Assembly: GCA_003224725.1 (NCBI GenBank)
Contig: QHZQ01000014.1
Coordinates: 26,830 to 90,829 of the forward strand
Direction: 5' to 3'
Length of the DNA: 64,000 bases
From: Acidobacteriota bacterium
Lineage (GTDB): Bacteria > Acidobacteriota > Terriglobia > Versatilivoradales > Versatilivoraceae
The notes beneath the pieces were generated by a model, which worked only from the letters and a program-made list of their open reading frames with translations, did not search any database and was not told the DNA's origin. Made by a program: the position numbers and the translations under genes. Position 1 is the first letter of the stretch; each line of letters opens with the position of its first letter. Below are positions 30,114 through 40,475 of this stretch, one piece after another.

Positions 30114-32785
30114 TACAGTGATTTTTTCAGATTTTCGATCCTTTCGGCCACATCTCGATAGTTAATATTGATAGCATATACGTCCAGGAAAGTATCCAGT
30201 GCAGCTTTGGCATTGCCCACTTGTTGATGGGCGCATCCCAAATCATAGCGTAAAGCCTGATAAGTTTCCTCATCGCGTCCCGGACTCGATAAGCCCTTGG
30301 TAAACCATTTAACAGCCACTTGGGGCAATCCCTTTTCCACGAAACAAAGTCCCAGCATGTTACAACACTTCACAAACTCTTCTCCACTGTCATTGGGAGA
30401 TTGGCCTATGAGGGCTTTTTGAAACTCCGCGATGGCTTCTTCAAGTAGTCCCATTTCTTTAAAGGCGATGCCGAGATTGTAGTGAGTTTCATAATCCGGG
30501 ACGTCGTTATCATCTTCCAGCCCAGCCTTGAATTCCGCAAAAACGTCTTCCAATCCAGAGCTTGCTTCCACAGTCGGTAAGGGCTCTACCGGGGTGTCTT
30601 TTATATTCGAAACCGGTCTCCCTACGCTCTCTAAGGACGAGCTTTTAAGCTCGCGGTCAAGATTTATCATGATTTCGTCAAAGGATTCGGCAGACTTGGT
30701 TGCCGTGATAGGTTCTATCACAGTTTTCGCATCCTGAGCAACCGCCGTTGTTTCGAAACCCTGCGCCGGTTCAATTTCCTTATCTTCAACACTCGCATTA
30801 GTGGCACTGGCTGATATGGTTTCAAACTGCTCTATTCCGAGTTTTGCAGGAGGCTCCGCGCTATGCTCTGATTCCAGCAGTAGATCCACAATTTCAGGGC
30901 TCGGAGCTTCGCTTAACTTTGCCTTTGACAAGGCATCATAACGGTCTAGCCGCTTAAACAATTCTGCATCTGCTGGAACTAACCGCACGTATTCATCTAT
31001 GCAGTTCTTTGCCTCTGAGAGAAACCCTTGATCGAAATAAAAGTCTATTTCTTCTAATAGCTCTTGCAGTCGCTTCGGATCAGCGGCGGAACCAGCTTCC
31101 TTTTTGCTGCCAATAGTTGGCTCTGCAGAATCGCCATCTTTACTAGGCCCACCTTTATAAATCGGCTCTTGGTGAAGATTGGGGTCATACTGGTAGGCTA
31201 GAGTGAAATTCCTGTTCGCATTATCGGCATCGTTCCTAGCAATATAAATATTTGACAGAACCAAGCACTCCTGAGCGGCCTTCTGCAGGTCCCCGCCCTT
31301 GGCATACATATCACGAATTTTTTCATGTATCTCGACATGGTTCGGAATAACTTCAAGCACTTTCTTATACTGATCGATTGCCTTTTGGTAAAGCCCATAA
31401 CTTGAAAAAAGATCCCCCTCAACAATGAATCCTTTAACCCGCTCATCACTTCCACTTTGGAGAGGCGATTCCTCATCGACCTTCTCCTGGATGTCAGCAG
31501 CAGCAATGGTTTTCAAGGTTGGCTCAGACACAAATTTGTCTGCGATAGAAGTCATGTCAGGGATCAACTGCGGAAGTTCAATGTCCTCTCCTTTCGAACC
31601 AAGGCGGTCCTTGACTTGAGCTAAATTGTCATGATGGGAAGGATTACTCGGTTCTAGTCGTGCCAATTCTGTGAAAATGCTTGCCGCTTCTAATAACTGG
31701 TCTCGCTTAACGTAGAGGCCCCCTATTTTTTCCAGAAGCGAGGATATGTCGTGAGGGGTGTTGGAAAGCTTATAAAGTTTTATGAGTTGTAACAAAGCGG
31801 GAATATGGTCTGGGTCTCTTTGTAATATGACCTTTAGCTGACTTTCAGCTGCATTCCCATCTGCTTTTTCAACGGCAACTTCAACAACTTTCCCTATCTG
31901 ACTAACAGCGCTCTCGAAGTCACCATGTTCAGTGTGAAACTTCGCCAAGGACAAATAGAGCTTGTAATAATTGTTGTCTAATTCAACGAGATGAGATGCG
32001 GTTTCTTCCGCCTCCTTCAACCGCCCTGATTTCAGATAAATACTGAAAATGGCTTCCTGCACTTCAGGGTTAAAATCATTGAACTGAATCCGACCCAAAT
32101 ATGACAGAGCTTCCTCGGTCTTCCCCAAATCAGTCAAAACTCCTGCGTAACTCAACAGAACACTCAAATTGTTTTCGTCTAATTCATAGGCCTTTCTTAA
32201 ATGACTCTCCGCTTCCGCCAAAGAGCCCTTTCTTCTAAACTTCTGGGCCGCAGATTGAAAAGCTCGAGCGGCCTCACTTTTTTTTCCTAACTTCAGACAC
32301 ACCTCTGCCAGCCGGCCTTCAATGGTTGGGTTTTCTGGGTCAACCTCTATGGTTTTTTGCAGAATGGATGCTGCGGTTTCAATTTCATTTTTCCTGAGAA
32401 GATTCTCCGCCACTTGGAGATAATGGGCACGGGCGTCACTATTTAGTCCTTGACGCAAATAGAGATCAGCCAGTCGAGAGAGAGCCTGCAATTGGCCAGG
32501 ATCGATCTTGCTGACCTTCTTGTACATGGCAATGGCCCGCACCACGAATCCCCCATTGTCATAACTTTCTGCCAACCGGGTAAAGCATTTAACCGCCTCC
32601 GGGATGTTACCGATCCTCACATGTAAATCCCCCAGGGTATTAACCAATGGGAGATCTGTAGGATCTTCCTTAATCAACCTTTGATACTCCAAAATGGCGT
32701 GACTGATTTTCCCCTGAAGGACGTATTTTTCAGCGGACTTCAGAACCTTGGCTTTATTTAAAGCCATGTTGGACGCGTCTCCCAA
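30113..32785 (-). CDS. large tetratricopeptide-repeat protein (890 aa)
   Basis: Many degenerate TPR units (A..Y..A..P motifs) throughout; acidic low-complexity central segment. Confidence 0.8.
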   Translation of the reverse strand: MGDASNMALNKAKVLKSAEKYVLQGKISHAILEYQRLIKEDPTDLPLVNTLGDLHVRIGNIPEAVKCFTRLAESYDNGGFVVRAIAMYKKVSKIDPGQLQALSRLADLYLRQGLNSDARAHYLQVAENLLRKNEIETAASILQKTIEVDPENPTIEGRLAEVCLKLGKKSEAARAFQSAAQKFRRKGSLAEAESHLRKAYELDENNLSVLLSYAGVLTDLGKTEEALSYLGRIQFNDFNPEVQEAIFSIYLKSGRLKEAEETASHLVELDNNYYKLYLSLAKFHTEHGDFESAVSQIGKVVEVAVEKADGNAAESQLKVILQRDPDHIPALLQLIKLYKLSNTPHDISSLLEKIGGLYVKRDQLLEAASIFTELARLEPSNPSHHDNLAQVKDRLGSKGEDIELPQLIPDMTSIADKFVSEPTLKTIAAADIQEKVDEESPLQSGSDERVKGFIVEGDLFSSYGLYQKAIDQYKKVLEVIPNHVEIHEKIRDMYAKGGDLQKAAQECLVLSNIYIARNDADNANRNFTLAYQYDPNLHQEPIYKGGPSKDGDSAEPTIGSKKEAGSAADPKRLQELLEEIDFYFDQGFLSEAKNCIDEYVRLVPADAELFKRLDRYDALSKAKLSEAPSPEIVDLLLESEHSAEPPAKLGIEQFETISASATNASVEDKEIEPAQGFETTAVAQDAKTVIEPITATKSAESFDEIMINLDRELKSSSLESVGRPVSNIKDTPVEPLPTVEASSGLEDVFAEFKAGLEDDNDVPDYETHYNLGIAFKEMGLLEEAIAEFQKALIGQSPNDSGEEFVKCCNMLGLCFVEKGLPQVAVKWFTKGLSSPGRDEETYQALRYDLGCAHQQVGNAKAALDTFLDVYAININYRDVAERIENLKKSL

Positions 32786-32828
32786 AATTCATAAGTAACA
32801 ACAAATCTAGCATTGGGGTATATCCATG

Positions 32829-33566
32829 TCAACATCGAACCCCTCGAAACGTAATCCGATGGTAAGGTGTGGGACCCAAGCTCTTCAACGCCTGCAGATG
32901 ATTTGAAGTAGGATAGCCCTTATTGTTTCCTAGATCATATCCCGGATACTCTAAATCTAGGCGGGAGATCAAACCATCTCGTTCAACCTTGGCTAGAATC
33001 GAGGCTGCTGCAATAGAAATAGAACGAGTATCTCCCTTGATTATGTTTTCCTGGGGGGTGCTAAGATTTGTTATGACAATTCCATCGCAAAGTACATAAT
33101 CTGGTTTCTGCCTCAGACCGTTAACTGCTTGTCTCATCGCCTCCCGAGTGGCTTCCAATATATTGATACGGTCAATAATCGAAGACTCGACAAACGCAAT
33201 GGAAAAGTCTTCTGCTGCCTCCCTTATACTTTCGGCTAAATGCACTCTTTGCTTAGCACTTAGTTTCTTGGAGTCGTTTATGCCCTTAGGGATAGCATGG
33301 GCGATGTCAAAGACAACCGCCGCAGCGCATACTGGACCAAAGAGGGCACCCCTTCCCACCTCATCCAATCCAGCAATTCTTCGATAACCCTGCTCCAAAG
33401 CTAACTTTTCATACGTAAGGTCGCAAGACAAACCCCTTTCGGGATGAGAATCATGCGAGCAAAGAGTACCCATCAGTTCTGGACCAACGCTGGGAGGATG
33501 TACAATTTTAGGAACAGCAGGTTTGTAGACTGGTAAACAAGAAGGCCAAACCTCTAGGAATTCCAA
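32829..33566 (-). CDS. rnhB: ribonuclease HII
   Basis: IAGLDEVGRGALFGPV active-site motif, ..DDSKKL.. An alternative start at MGTLCS (about 33470) is more typical in length. Confidence 0.85.
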   Translation of the reverse strand: MEFLEVWPSCLPVYKPAVPKIVHPPSVGPELMGTLCSHDSHPERGLSCDLTYEKLALEQGYRRIAGLDEVGRGALFGPVCAAAVVFDIAHAIPKGINDSKKLSAKQRVHLAESIREAAEDFSIAFVESSIIDRINILEATREAMRQAVNGLRQKPDYVLCDGIVITNLSTPQENIIKGDTRSISIAAASILAKVERDGLISRLDLEYPGYDLGNNKGYPTSNHLQALKSLGPTPYHRITFRGVRC

Positions 33567-33600
33567 AGGCTAACCTTATGGGCAAGATGACAGGATATCT

Positions 33601-33948
33601 CTAACCGGCCTTGGTTTCTTTGATCTTTGCAGCTTTTCCTTTAAGATTTCGCAAATAGTAAAGCTTAGCTCTTCTGACCCTTCCCTTTCTAACAACTTCA
33701 ATTTGTTCAATTACAGGGGAATGAAGCGGGAAAATTCTCTCGACGCCCTGACCGAAGGAAATTTTCCTGACTGTGAAAGTGGATCGAAGGTCACCATTCT
33801 TACGAGCAATCACAATCCCTTCAAAAATCTGGATTCGCTCCTTATCGCCCTCCTTGATTTTCACGTGGACCCGCACCGTATCTCCTACTCGAAATGCGGG
33901 TAAGTTAATTCGCATTTCACCTTTTTCAACAGTATTTAATGCATTCAT
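33601..33948 (-). CDS. rplS: 50S ribosomal protein L19
   Basis: ..[33 protein letters not shown]..; 115 aa. Confidence 0.95.
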   Translation of the reverse strand: MNALNTVEKGEMRINLPAFRVGDTVRVHVKIKEGDKERIQIFEGIVIARKNGDLRSTFTVRKISFGQGVERIFPLHSPVIEQIEVVRKGRVRRAKLYYLRNLKGKAAKIKETKAG

Positions 33949-33969
33949 AAATACCTCAGATTCCGGAAA

Positions 33970-34749
33970 CTACGGTTCTAATTTCAATTCCAACAGCCGC
34001 TTATCAGCCTCAGATAAACGGTCATATTGTAATAAGTCCGGACGATTTTTCAAAGTTTTTTCGATGCCTTTCTTCCTTCGCCAAAGACCGATTTTCTTAT
34101 GGTCGCCCGACATGAGCAACTCAGGCACCTTTAGCCCATCAAAGCTCTCCGGACGTGTGTAATGAGGATGATCCAGGATTGTATAACTTTGATGGTTCTC
34201 AGACCCAGACAAATTTCTTCTCGTAAAAGACTCATTTAGCCTGCTGCTATCCTTATTCAAAACTCCTGGAACCAACCGAGTCACGGCATCCAGTAACACA
34301 CAGGCAGCCAGTTCGCCACCACTAAGCACGTAATCGCCAATGGAAATCTCGTCGTCTGTCAAATACTCCCTCACACGTTCATCAACGCCTTCGTATCTTC
34401 CGCAGATTAAGGTCATCCGTTGACACATGGAGAGTTCGAAAGCAATTTCTTGGTTAAATTTCCGTCCTTGGGGAGACAAGAGAATTACCTTCCTATCTAT
34501 TCCAGATCCGATACCGTAGATCTTCTCGACGGCCCGAAAGATTGGCTCCGGCTTAAGGATCATCCCTTCTCCTCCCCCAAATGGACGGTCATCCACAGTC
34601 TTATGGCGATCCTGCGTGAATCCTCTCAAATCATGAATTTGGATACTTATCTTTTTCTTCTTTTGAGCCTGGCCTACGATGCCGTGCGAAAGAGGCCCAT
34701 CGAAAAAATTCGGGAATATGGTGATGAGGTGAAATGTCAAGACCGACAT
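33970..34749 (-). CDS. trmD: tRNA (guanine37-N1)-methyltransferase
   Basis: ITIFPNFF.., ..DDRPFGGGEGMIL.., ..SIGDYVLSGGELAA.. SPOUT-knot motifs; 259 aa. Confidence 0.95.
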   Translation of the reverse strand: MSVLTFHLITIFPNFFDGPLSHGIVGQAQKKKKISIQIHDLRGFTQDRHKTVDDRPFGGGEGMILKPEPIFRAVEKIYGIGSGIDRKVILLSPQGRKFNQEIAFELSMCQRMTLICGRYEGVDERVREYLTDDEISIGDYVLSGGELAACVLLDAVTRLVPGVLNKDSSRLNESFTRRNLSGSENHQSYTILDHPHYTRPESFDGLKVPELLMSGDHKKIGLWRRKKGIEKTLKNRPDLLQYDRLSEADKRLLELKLEP

Positions 34750-34782
34750 CTTGTGTGGGGGGAAGTTAGAGTAACCTGGGAC

Positions 34783-35301
34783 CTAAACGTTTTCAAGTCC
34801 TTCCGGCAGGCTGCAGATCAGTTCCTTCTTTTCTAAATCGATCCTTACTAACATGCTTTCCACAAACGGAATCAAAAGCTCGCAGGCTCCCCGATCGACT
34901 TTTAGCAAATAACCCGCTCCTGTCTCGAGGATCTCTGTGACTATTCCGTACTTAAGACCCTGTACATCTTTCACGACACAATCGATCAATTCATGTTGGT
35001 AGTAGGATCCTTCCTTTACAGGCATCACCTCGCTCTTGGGAATCTTGACTTCGTAATCTCTCAAAACTTCAGCTTGGGCTATGCTATCTATGCCCCTAAA
35101 CTTCAAAATAACTCTTTGCTTATGAAACCAGAAAGAGTCTAACGTCATGCATTGGGGCGGCTCCGTATTTTTTTGAAGAAAAACCTCAGTTAAGAATTCA
35201 AACCGGTTACGGAAATCGGTGAGGATTTCAGCCACTACTTCTCCTCGATTTCCGCGACTCCTAATAACTTTGGCGATGGTTATTAATTCGGTCTGCGTCA
35301 A
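34783..35301 (-). CDS. rimM: 16S rRNA processing protein RimM
   Basis: ..IAKVIRSRGNRGEVVAEILTDF.. N-terminal motif, PRC barrel C-terminus; 172 aa. Confidence 0.9.
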   Translation of the reverse strand: MTQTELITIAKVIRSRGNRGEVVAEILTDFRNRFEFLTEVFLQKNTEPPQCMTLDSFWFHKQRVILKFRGIDSIAQAEVLRDYEVKIPKSEVMPVKEGSYYQHELIDCVVKDVQGLKYGIVTEILETGAGYLLKVDRGACELLIPFVESMLVRIDLEKKELICSLPEGLENV

Positions 35302-35309
35302 AGTGGCGG

Positions 35310-35573
35310 CTACTCCAAGATTTCAAGAGTGAATCTTTTCTTTAACTTCATTCCTGCAGCACCTAGGATGGTTCTAATCGATCGAGCTGTCCGTCCCTGC
35401 TTACCAATGACTTTACCGAGGTCACTGGGAGCAACTCTGAGTTCAAGAACGGTCGTCTGTTCACCTTCAATGGGCTTCACTGAAACTTGATCAGGGTTGT
35501 CCACTAACGCTTTTGCAATTTGCTCAATTAGCTCTTTCATAGCTACCTCCTCATTGTGGTCTGGTTGATGCAA
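35310..35573 (-). CDS. KH-domain RNA-binding protein (YlqC/UPF0109 family)
   Basis: ..[19 protein letters not shown].. KH GxxG motif; conserved position between rpsP and rimM. Alternative start MKELIEQ at 35540. Confidence 0.8.
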   Translation of the reverse strand: MHQPDHNEEVAMKELIEQIAKALVDNPDQVSVKPIEGEQTTVLELRVAPSDLGKVIGKQGRTARSIRTILGAAGMKLKKRFTLEILE

Positions 35574-35622
35574 AGACGAAGCATCTTGAATCCAATTGAC
35601 AGGAATAAGAATCCAACCTCAA

Positions 35623-35853
35623 TCAATTACTCTTGACAAAACTCTTTACCGTATCACTCGGTTGCGCCCCCTTGGCTAGCCAATAAGCATATTTCTCTTT
35701 ATCAAGTTTCAAATTTGAGGGATTTTTCTTGGGGTCGTAATGCCCCAATACCTCTATGAACCTTCCATCTCGCGCTCTCGACTTTTCAATAACAACAATC
35801 CGGTAACTTGGCTTCTTCTTTGAACCCTTTCGAGATAATCTGATCTTTAGCAA
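35623..35853 (-). CDS. rpsP: 30S ribosomal protein S16
   Basis: MLKIRLSRKGSKKKPSYRIVV..; 76 aa. Confidence 0.95.
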   Translation of the reverse strand: MLKIRLSRKGSKKKPSYRIVVIEKSRARDGRFIEVLGHYDPKKNPSNLKLDKEKYAYWLAKGAQPSDTVKSFVKSN

Positions 35854-36304
35854 AGAAACATACCTCCACTCATCTATTTGGAATTCTCTATACCGCCAGT
35901 CTCCGGCATATTGAGAGAATACCAGTCACGCAAGGATAGCCGAGACCATGAATGCTTTCTAAAATAGCAAACAAGCCTCCATTCAAACAAATATAGCAAA
36001 TGTAACAAAAATACTTAAGCAAAAAAGTAAAAAATTAACATTACAGATGACCTACATGCGTTCCTGATAGCATCAAGACGCGGCCTCCACACTCCACATG
36101 ATGAACTCTTTCCGCCACTGAAATCCATGAGGTTAGGCAACAAGGGCAGCTGCGTCGCTTTTGGTCAACCAACGTGAACAAGCTTGAGCTGACCTATGCT
36201 TGACTCAAATGGGTATTTCTGAAAAAATTGATGAGAAATCTCACGCGAGAGATAACCTGCGCTTCTGCTGAGGCTATCTAACTCTGCGTTGCAGGAGCAG
36301 CATA

Positions 36305-37357
36305 ATGCCAGATAAGATTCTCAGTCGCGGGGCGGCTTCGAACCCACCCAATCGCTTCGAGACAGTCTGGTATGTCAGCGAGAATGAGCCGGCCCAGGAA
36401 GACGATCCCGCGCCCGGAACCCATTTCTTGAGAGACTCCTCCCGTTCCCTCATTACCTACAACGATAGCCCGGATGTTGGATTTAATGCCAGCATTAACC
36501 CTTATCGCGGCTGCGAACATGGCTGTATTTACTGCTATGCTCGTCCGACCCACGAGTATCTTGGCTTTTCGGCCGGACTCGATTTTGAAACTAAGATCCT
36601 GGTCAAAGAAGATGCGCCCGCACTGCTCAGACAGGAACTTGCCTCCCCAAGATGGAAACCGCAGGTGGTTGCTATCAGTGGGGTGACAGATCCCTATCAG
36701 CCCGTGGAACGACGTTTGAAATTGACGCGTCAATGCCTGGAAATCCTAGTCGAGTTCCGCAATCCGGTTGTGATTGTTACCAAAAACCATCTTGTGACCC
36801 GTGACGCGGACTTGTTGGAGGAACTGGCGGGTCTGGAAGCCGCAGCTGTTTTCTTATCGGTGACAACGCTGGATGGGCGTCTGAGCCAAGTGATGGAGCC
36901 ACGAGCCTCCCATCCGGCTCGCAGACTTGCTGCTATCGAGAAGCTCGCCCGAGCGAAAGTTCCTGTTGGAGTGCTGGTTGCACCGGTCATACCCGGATTC
37001 ACGGACCACGAAGTTCCCTCCATCATCGCAGCCTGTGCCGAAGCCGGTGCCAGATACGCCGGGTACGTTCTTTTGCGTTTGCCTTACGCTGTTTCCCCTC
37101 TGTTTGAAGAGTGGCTGACTCGTCATTTCCCGGAACGGAAAGAAAAAGTCCTCCGGCGGATCCGCTCGATGCGCGGTGGCAAGCTATATGACCCTCACTT
37201 CTTCTCGCGGATGAAAGGAGAAGGAGTGTTTGCAAAGCAAATTGCGTCGTTATTTTCTTTGGCTTGCCAGAGAGGAGGTTTGAAGGGAAGGACACCCAAA
37301 CTTTCGATCAGCTCGTTTCGTAGACCGACAGATAGACAGCGCTTGCTTTTCCCGTGA
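36305..37357 (+). CDS. PA0069/SplB-like radical SAM protein (DNA repair photolyase-like family)
   Basis: CEHGCIYCYAR CxxxCxxC cluster motif near the N-terminus; 350 aa; higher GC than surroundings. Confidence 0.75.
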   Translation: MPDKILSRGAASNPPNRFETVWYVSENEPAQEDDPAPGTHFLRDSSRSLITYNDSPDVGFNASINPYRGCEHGCIYCYARPTHEYLGFSAGLDFETKILVKEDAPALLRQELASPRWKPQVVAISGVTDPYQPVERRLKLTRQCLEILVEFRNPVVIVTKNHLVTRDADLLEELAGLEAAAVFLSVTTLDGRLSQVMEPRASHPARRLAAIEKLARAKVPVGVLVAPVIPGFTDHEVPSIIAACAEAGARYAGYVLLRLPYAVSPLFEEWLTRHFPERKEKVLRRIRSMRGGKLYDPHFFSRMKGEGVFAKQIASLFSLACQRGGLKGRTPKLSISSFRRPTDRQRLLFP

Positions 37358-37384
37358 GAATGGGTCAAAGAGAAAAGAGGGAGT

Positions 37385-38713
37385 TTAAAGGCCAAGAAGT
37401 TTCAGTATCTCGCTTTTCCTGGGTTCGACTTTGATGGGGGCATTGGCATAAGTCGACTGGATCTTATCTTTGCGCTCAATCAATTCGTTCTTGTAGGCAG
37501 CCATCTCAAAGAGGGAGTCCTGATGGTAGTTAATGGTATAGTCTGGATCTTTCAGCAGATTACCTGTCAGCACTGCGACGACATCTTCATCTCGATCGAT
37601 TTCTTTCGTCTCTATCAATTTCTTGATTCCTGCCAACGTCGTAGCCGACGCGGGTTCGCAACCAATGCCATCTCGCCCTATGATGGCTTTGGCGTCAGCG
37701 ATCTCCTGCTCACTGACTACGTCACACCAACCCCGGGTCCAATCCATGGCGCGCACTGCTTTTTTCCAGGATACAGGATTGCCGATTTTAATAGCTGTTG
37801 CCAAGGTGTGGGCTTCCACGGGAATCAACCGCGGCGATTGATATATGAGAGTCCGATAAAGGGGGTTCGCCCGCGCAGCTTGAATGATCGTAACCATGGG
37901 CATCTTATGGATGAAGCTCAAATCATAAAGTTCTTTGATGGCTTTTCCAAACGAAGAACTATTGCCCAGGTTACCTCCTGGGACAACCACTCTGTCCGGA
38001 ACCTTCCAGCCCCGCTGAGCCAGCATCTCCACAATAATGGTCTTTTGTCCCTCCAAGCGAAAGGGATTGATTGAGTTCAGCAGGTACACATCAGTTTCTT
38101 CGGTGATCTCTTTGACCATCTTCATGGCTTCGTCAAAGTCTCCCTTGATTTGAAGCGTCAAAGCACCATAGTCCAGACTCTGAGAGAGTTTCCCAAAAGC
38201 AATCTGTTGGTCGGGAATGAAGATGACTGCCTTCATGTTGGCTCGTGCCGCATAGGCAGCCATGGAGGCAGATGTATTCCCCGTACTGGCACAAGCCACA
38301 ATTTTGGAGTTCATTAGACGGGCTTGGGTCACGCCTGCTGTCATTCCGTTGTCTTTAAACGAACCGGTAGGGTTAAGGCCCTGGTGCTTTAAGTAAAGTC
38401 TCTTCAGTCCAGCGTATTCTGCGCAGCGCGGAGCTTCATAGATGGGAGTATTACCTTCTTGCATTGACACTACTTTGGCTGGGTCAGGACAGAAAGGTAT
38501 CAGTTCCCGATATCGCCAAACTCCGCTGAGATCCAGTGGGTCATTGGATAACCTTCGTTGCTGAAAAGCTCGTTTTATCTCTTCCGGATCGCCCAATTGA
38601 AAATCATAAAGGACATCCAACAGGCCTCCACACTGGGGACAGACATAAGACTTGCTGTTTGGCGGGAGAGCTTTCTGGCAGTTTGCCTCGATGCACTTCA
38701 AATGAACATTCAT
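37385..38713 (-). CDS. thrC: threonine synthase (long form with N-terminal zinc ribbon)
   Basis: CPQCGG zinc ribbon, PLP-lysine motif ..NPTGSFKDNGMT.., 442 aa. Confidence 0.85.
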   Translation of the reverse strand: MNVHLKCIEANCQKALPPNSKSYVCPQCGGLLDVLYDFQLGDPEEIKRAFQQRRLSNDPLDLSGVWRYRELIPFCPDPAKVVSMQEGNTPIYEAPRCAEYAGLKRLYLKHQGLNPTGSFKDNGMTAGVTQARLMNSKIVACASTGNTSASMAAYAARANMKAVIFIPDQQIAFGKLSQSLDYGALTLQIKGDFDEAMKMVKEITEETDVYLLNSINPFRLEGQKTIIVEMLAQRGWKVPDRVVVPGGNLGNSSSFGKAIKELYDLSFIHKMPMVTIIQAARANPLYRTLIYQSPRLIPVEAHTLATAIKIGNPVSWKKAVRAMDWTRGWCDVVSEQEIADAKAIIGRDGIGCEPASATTLAGIKKLIETKEIDRDEDVVAVLTGNLLKDPDYTINYHQDSLFEMAAYKNELIERKDKIQSTYANAPIKVEPRKSEILKLLGL

Positions 38714-38872
38714 GGCTCAAATGTAATTCAACTACTGGCAAATCTCAACATAATAGAACTCTAACGGACAATTCCGGTGACCGAAGTTATTCCCTGGCAA
38801 GAGGCAGCTCGATTTCTGTCGAGGACTCTTCGAGTTTTTCCGACGCAATGAAAAGATTGTTTCCCTAGGGGC

Positions 38873-39985
38873 TCAAGCCAACTTGAGATTTACTTCAGCA
38901 TTCAAGCTCATGGTCGCAACATGTCTGCGCACCAGCTTGGGGTATCCCGCGGCCGCAATCATGGCGGCGTTGTCTGTGGAAAGGAGTGGAGAGGGGAAAT
39001 ACACCGGCAGTCCCATTTTTTCAAAACCAGCTTTGAAGCGGTCTCGAAGCCAGCTATTACAGGCAACACCCCCAGAAACCATGATCGAACGGACTTTGTA
39101 AATGTCCGCTGCTCTTCTCGCGTTGTTGAATAAACTCTCTACGACGGCTCGCTGAAAGCTGGCCACCACATCATAAATCGACTGTGGCAGGTCTTCTAAG
39201 AAACTCTTCTCTTTCCGGTGGAGACGGAGGCCCCTTAGTTCATTTTCCAAGTAGACTTGAGCATACCGTAGAACCGCCGTTTTGACCCCTGAGAAACTAA
39301 AGTCGAGCTTGGCATTACTGATCTTCGCAATAGGAAATTCGATGGCCAAGGGATTTCCCTTCTTCGCTAAACTATCAATAACGGGTCCCCCCGGATAACC
39401 TAGATGAAGTAGCTTGGCAACCTTGTCAAACGCTTCTCCGGCGGCGTCGTCGCGAGTGCGTCCGACCAGTTGATACTGCTCCTCTTGGCTTCCATTGTGA
39501 CTGAGCTGTCTCACCCAGAACAGACTTGTATGTCCACCTGATACCACCAAAGCCAATGCCGGAAAGAGTGTGCTCCAATTGGCGTTAGAGGTTTTACTTC
39601 TTTCCGCTTCGCAGGCGATATGAAGAGGCACTGAATAAATATGCCCCTCAATATGGTTTACTGCAACCAGAGGTCGTTGCAGGCTGAAGCACAAGGCCTT
39701 GGCATAGTTAATTCCAACCAAAAGCGAACCGACTAATCCAGGACCTTGAGTTACCGCGATGCCTTCAACCTCATCCTGGTTAATCCCTGCTTCGCTTAGA
39801 GCAGCGTTCACCACCGGTACTATGTTTTCCAAATGATGCCGGGATGCCAGTTCTGGAACAACTCCACCATACTTTTTGTGAATTGCAATCTGGGAGGCGA
39901 TACAGTTGGAAAGGACAGTCTTTCCGTCTCGCAACACCGCCGCCGCCGTTTCGTCGCAGGACGATTCAATTCCCAGTATCAACAT
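38873..39985 (-). CDS. tsaD: tRNA N6-adenosine threonylcarbamoyltransferase
   Basis: MLILGIESSCDETAAAVL.., ..HIEGHIY.., ..VSGGVACN.. Kae1/TsaD motifs; 370 aa. Confidence 0.95.
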   Translation of the reverse strand: MLILGIESSCDETAAAVLRDGKTVLSNCIASQIAIHKKYGGVVPELASRHHLENIVPVVNAALSEAGINQDEVEGIAVTQGPGLVGSLLVGINYAKALCFSLQRPLVAVNHIEGHIYSVPLHIACEAERSKTSNANWSTLFPALALVVSGGHTSLFWVRQLSHNGSQEEQYQLVGRTRDDAAGEAFDKVAKLLHLGYPGGPVIDSLAKKGNPLAIEFPIAKISNAKLDFSFSGVKTAVLRYAQVYLENELRGLRLHRKEKSFLEDLPQSIYDVVASFQRAVVESLFNNARRAADIYKVRSIMVSGGVACNSWLRDRFKAGFEKMGLPVYFPSPLLSTDNAAMIAAAGYPKLVRRHVATMSLNAEVNLKLA

Positions 39986-40085
39986 GCACTACTAGCCCCT
40001 GTCTGGCAGTCTGGCATTTTAGGAGTTTGACGCCCGGCAATGCTTCTGCTACCATTTTGTTTTTGAGTTTTATAGGAGGTTTGCT

Positions 40086-40277
40086 ATGGCAGCGTGTTGT
40101 GATATTTGTGGGAAGCGCCCTCTGTTTGGAAACAATGTCAGCCATGCCCACAACATTACCAAGAGAAGATGGAATCCGAATCTCCAGCGAGTCCGCGTCA
40201 TTATTAATGGAACCCATAAGAGAGCGCGTGTTTGCACTGCCTGCATTCGAACTGGGCGAGTAATGAAGTCCCACTAA
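40086..40277 (+). CDS. rpmB: 50S ribosomal protein L28
   Basis: [30 protein letters not shown].. ; 63 aa. Confidence 0.95.
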   Translation: MAACCDICGKRPLFGNNVSHAHNITKRRWNPNLQRVRVIINGTHKRARVCTACIRTGRVMKSH

Positions 40278-40475
40278 GCTTAGACAGACCTTCATCCAGC
40301 CACTTCTTCATGCTTGGTTACCGAATAAACAATAGACATCGTCTGAAAGCTTCGAAAACTCCAACAATAAAATCCAGCAAGGCTTCACCTCAGTCCTTAG
40401 AGGCATCGTCCGCAGTTTAGGACATGGATTGCTCCAAGTCAGCGTTGCGCCCCTCTTGCGAAGAGTCACGGGTGA

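Noticed and set aside
36730-37126. Minus-strand ORFs antisense to the radical-SAM gene
   Set aside because: High-GC antisense artefacts with Arg/Ser/Thr-rich composition.
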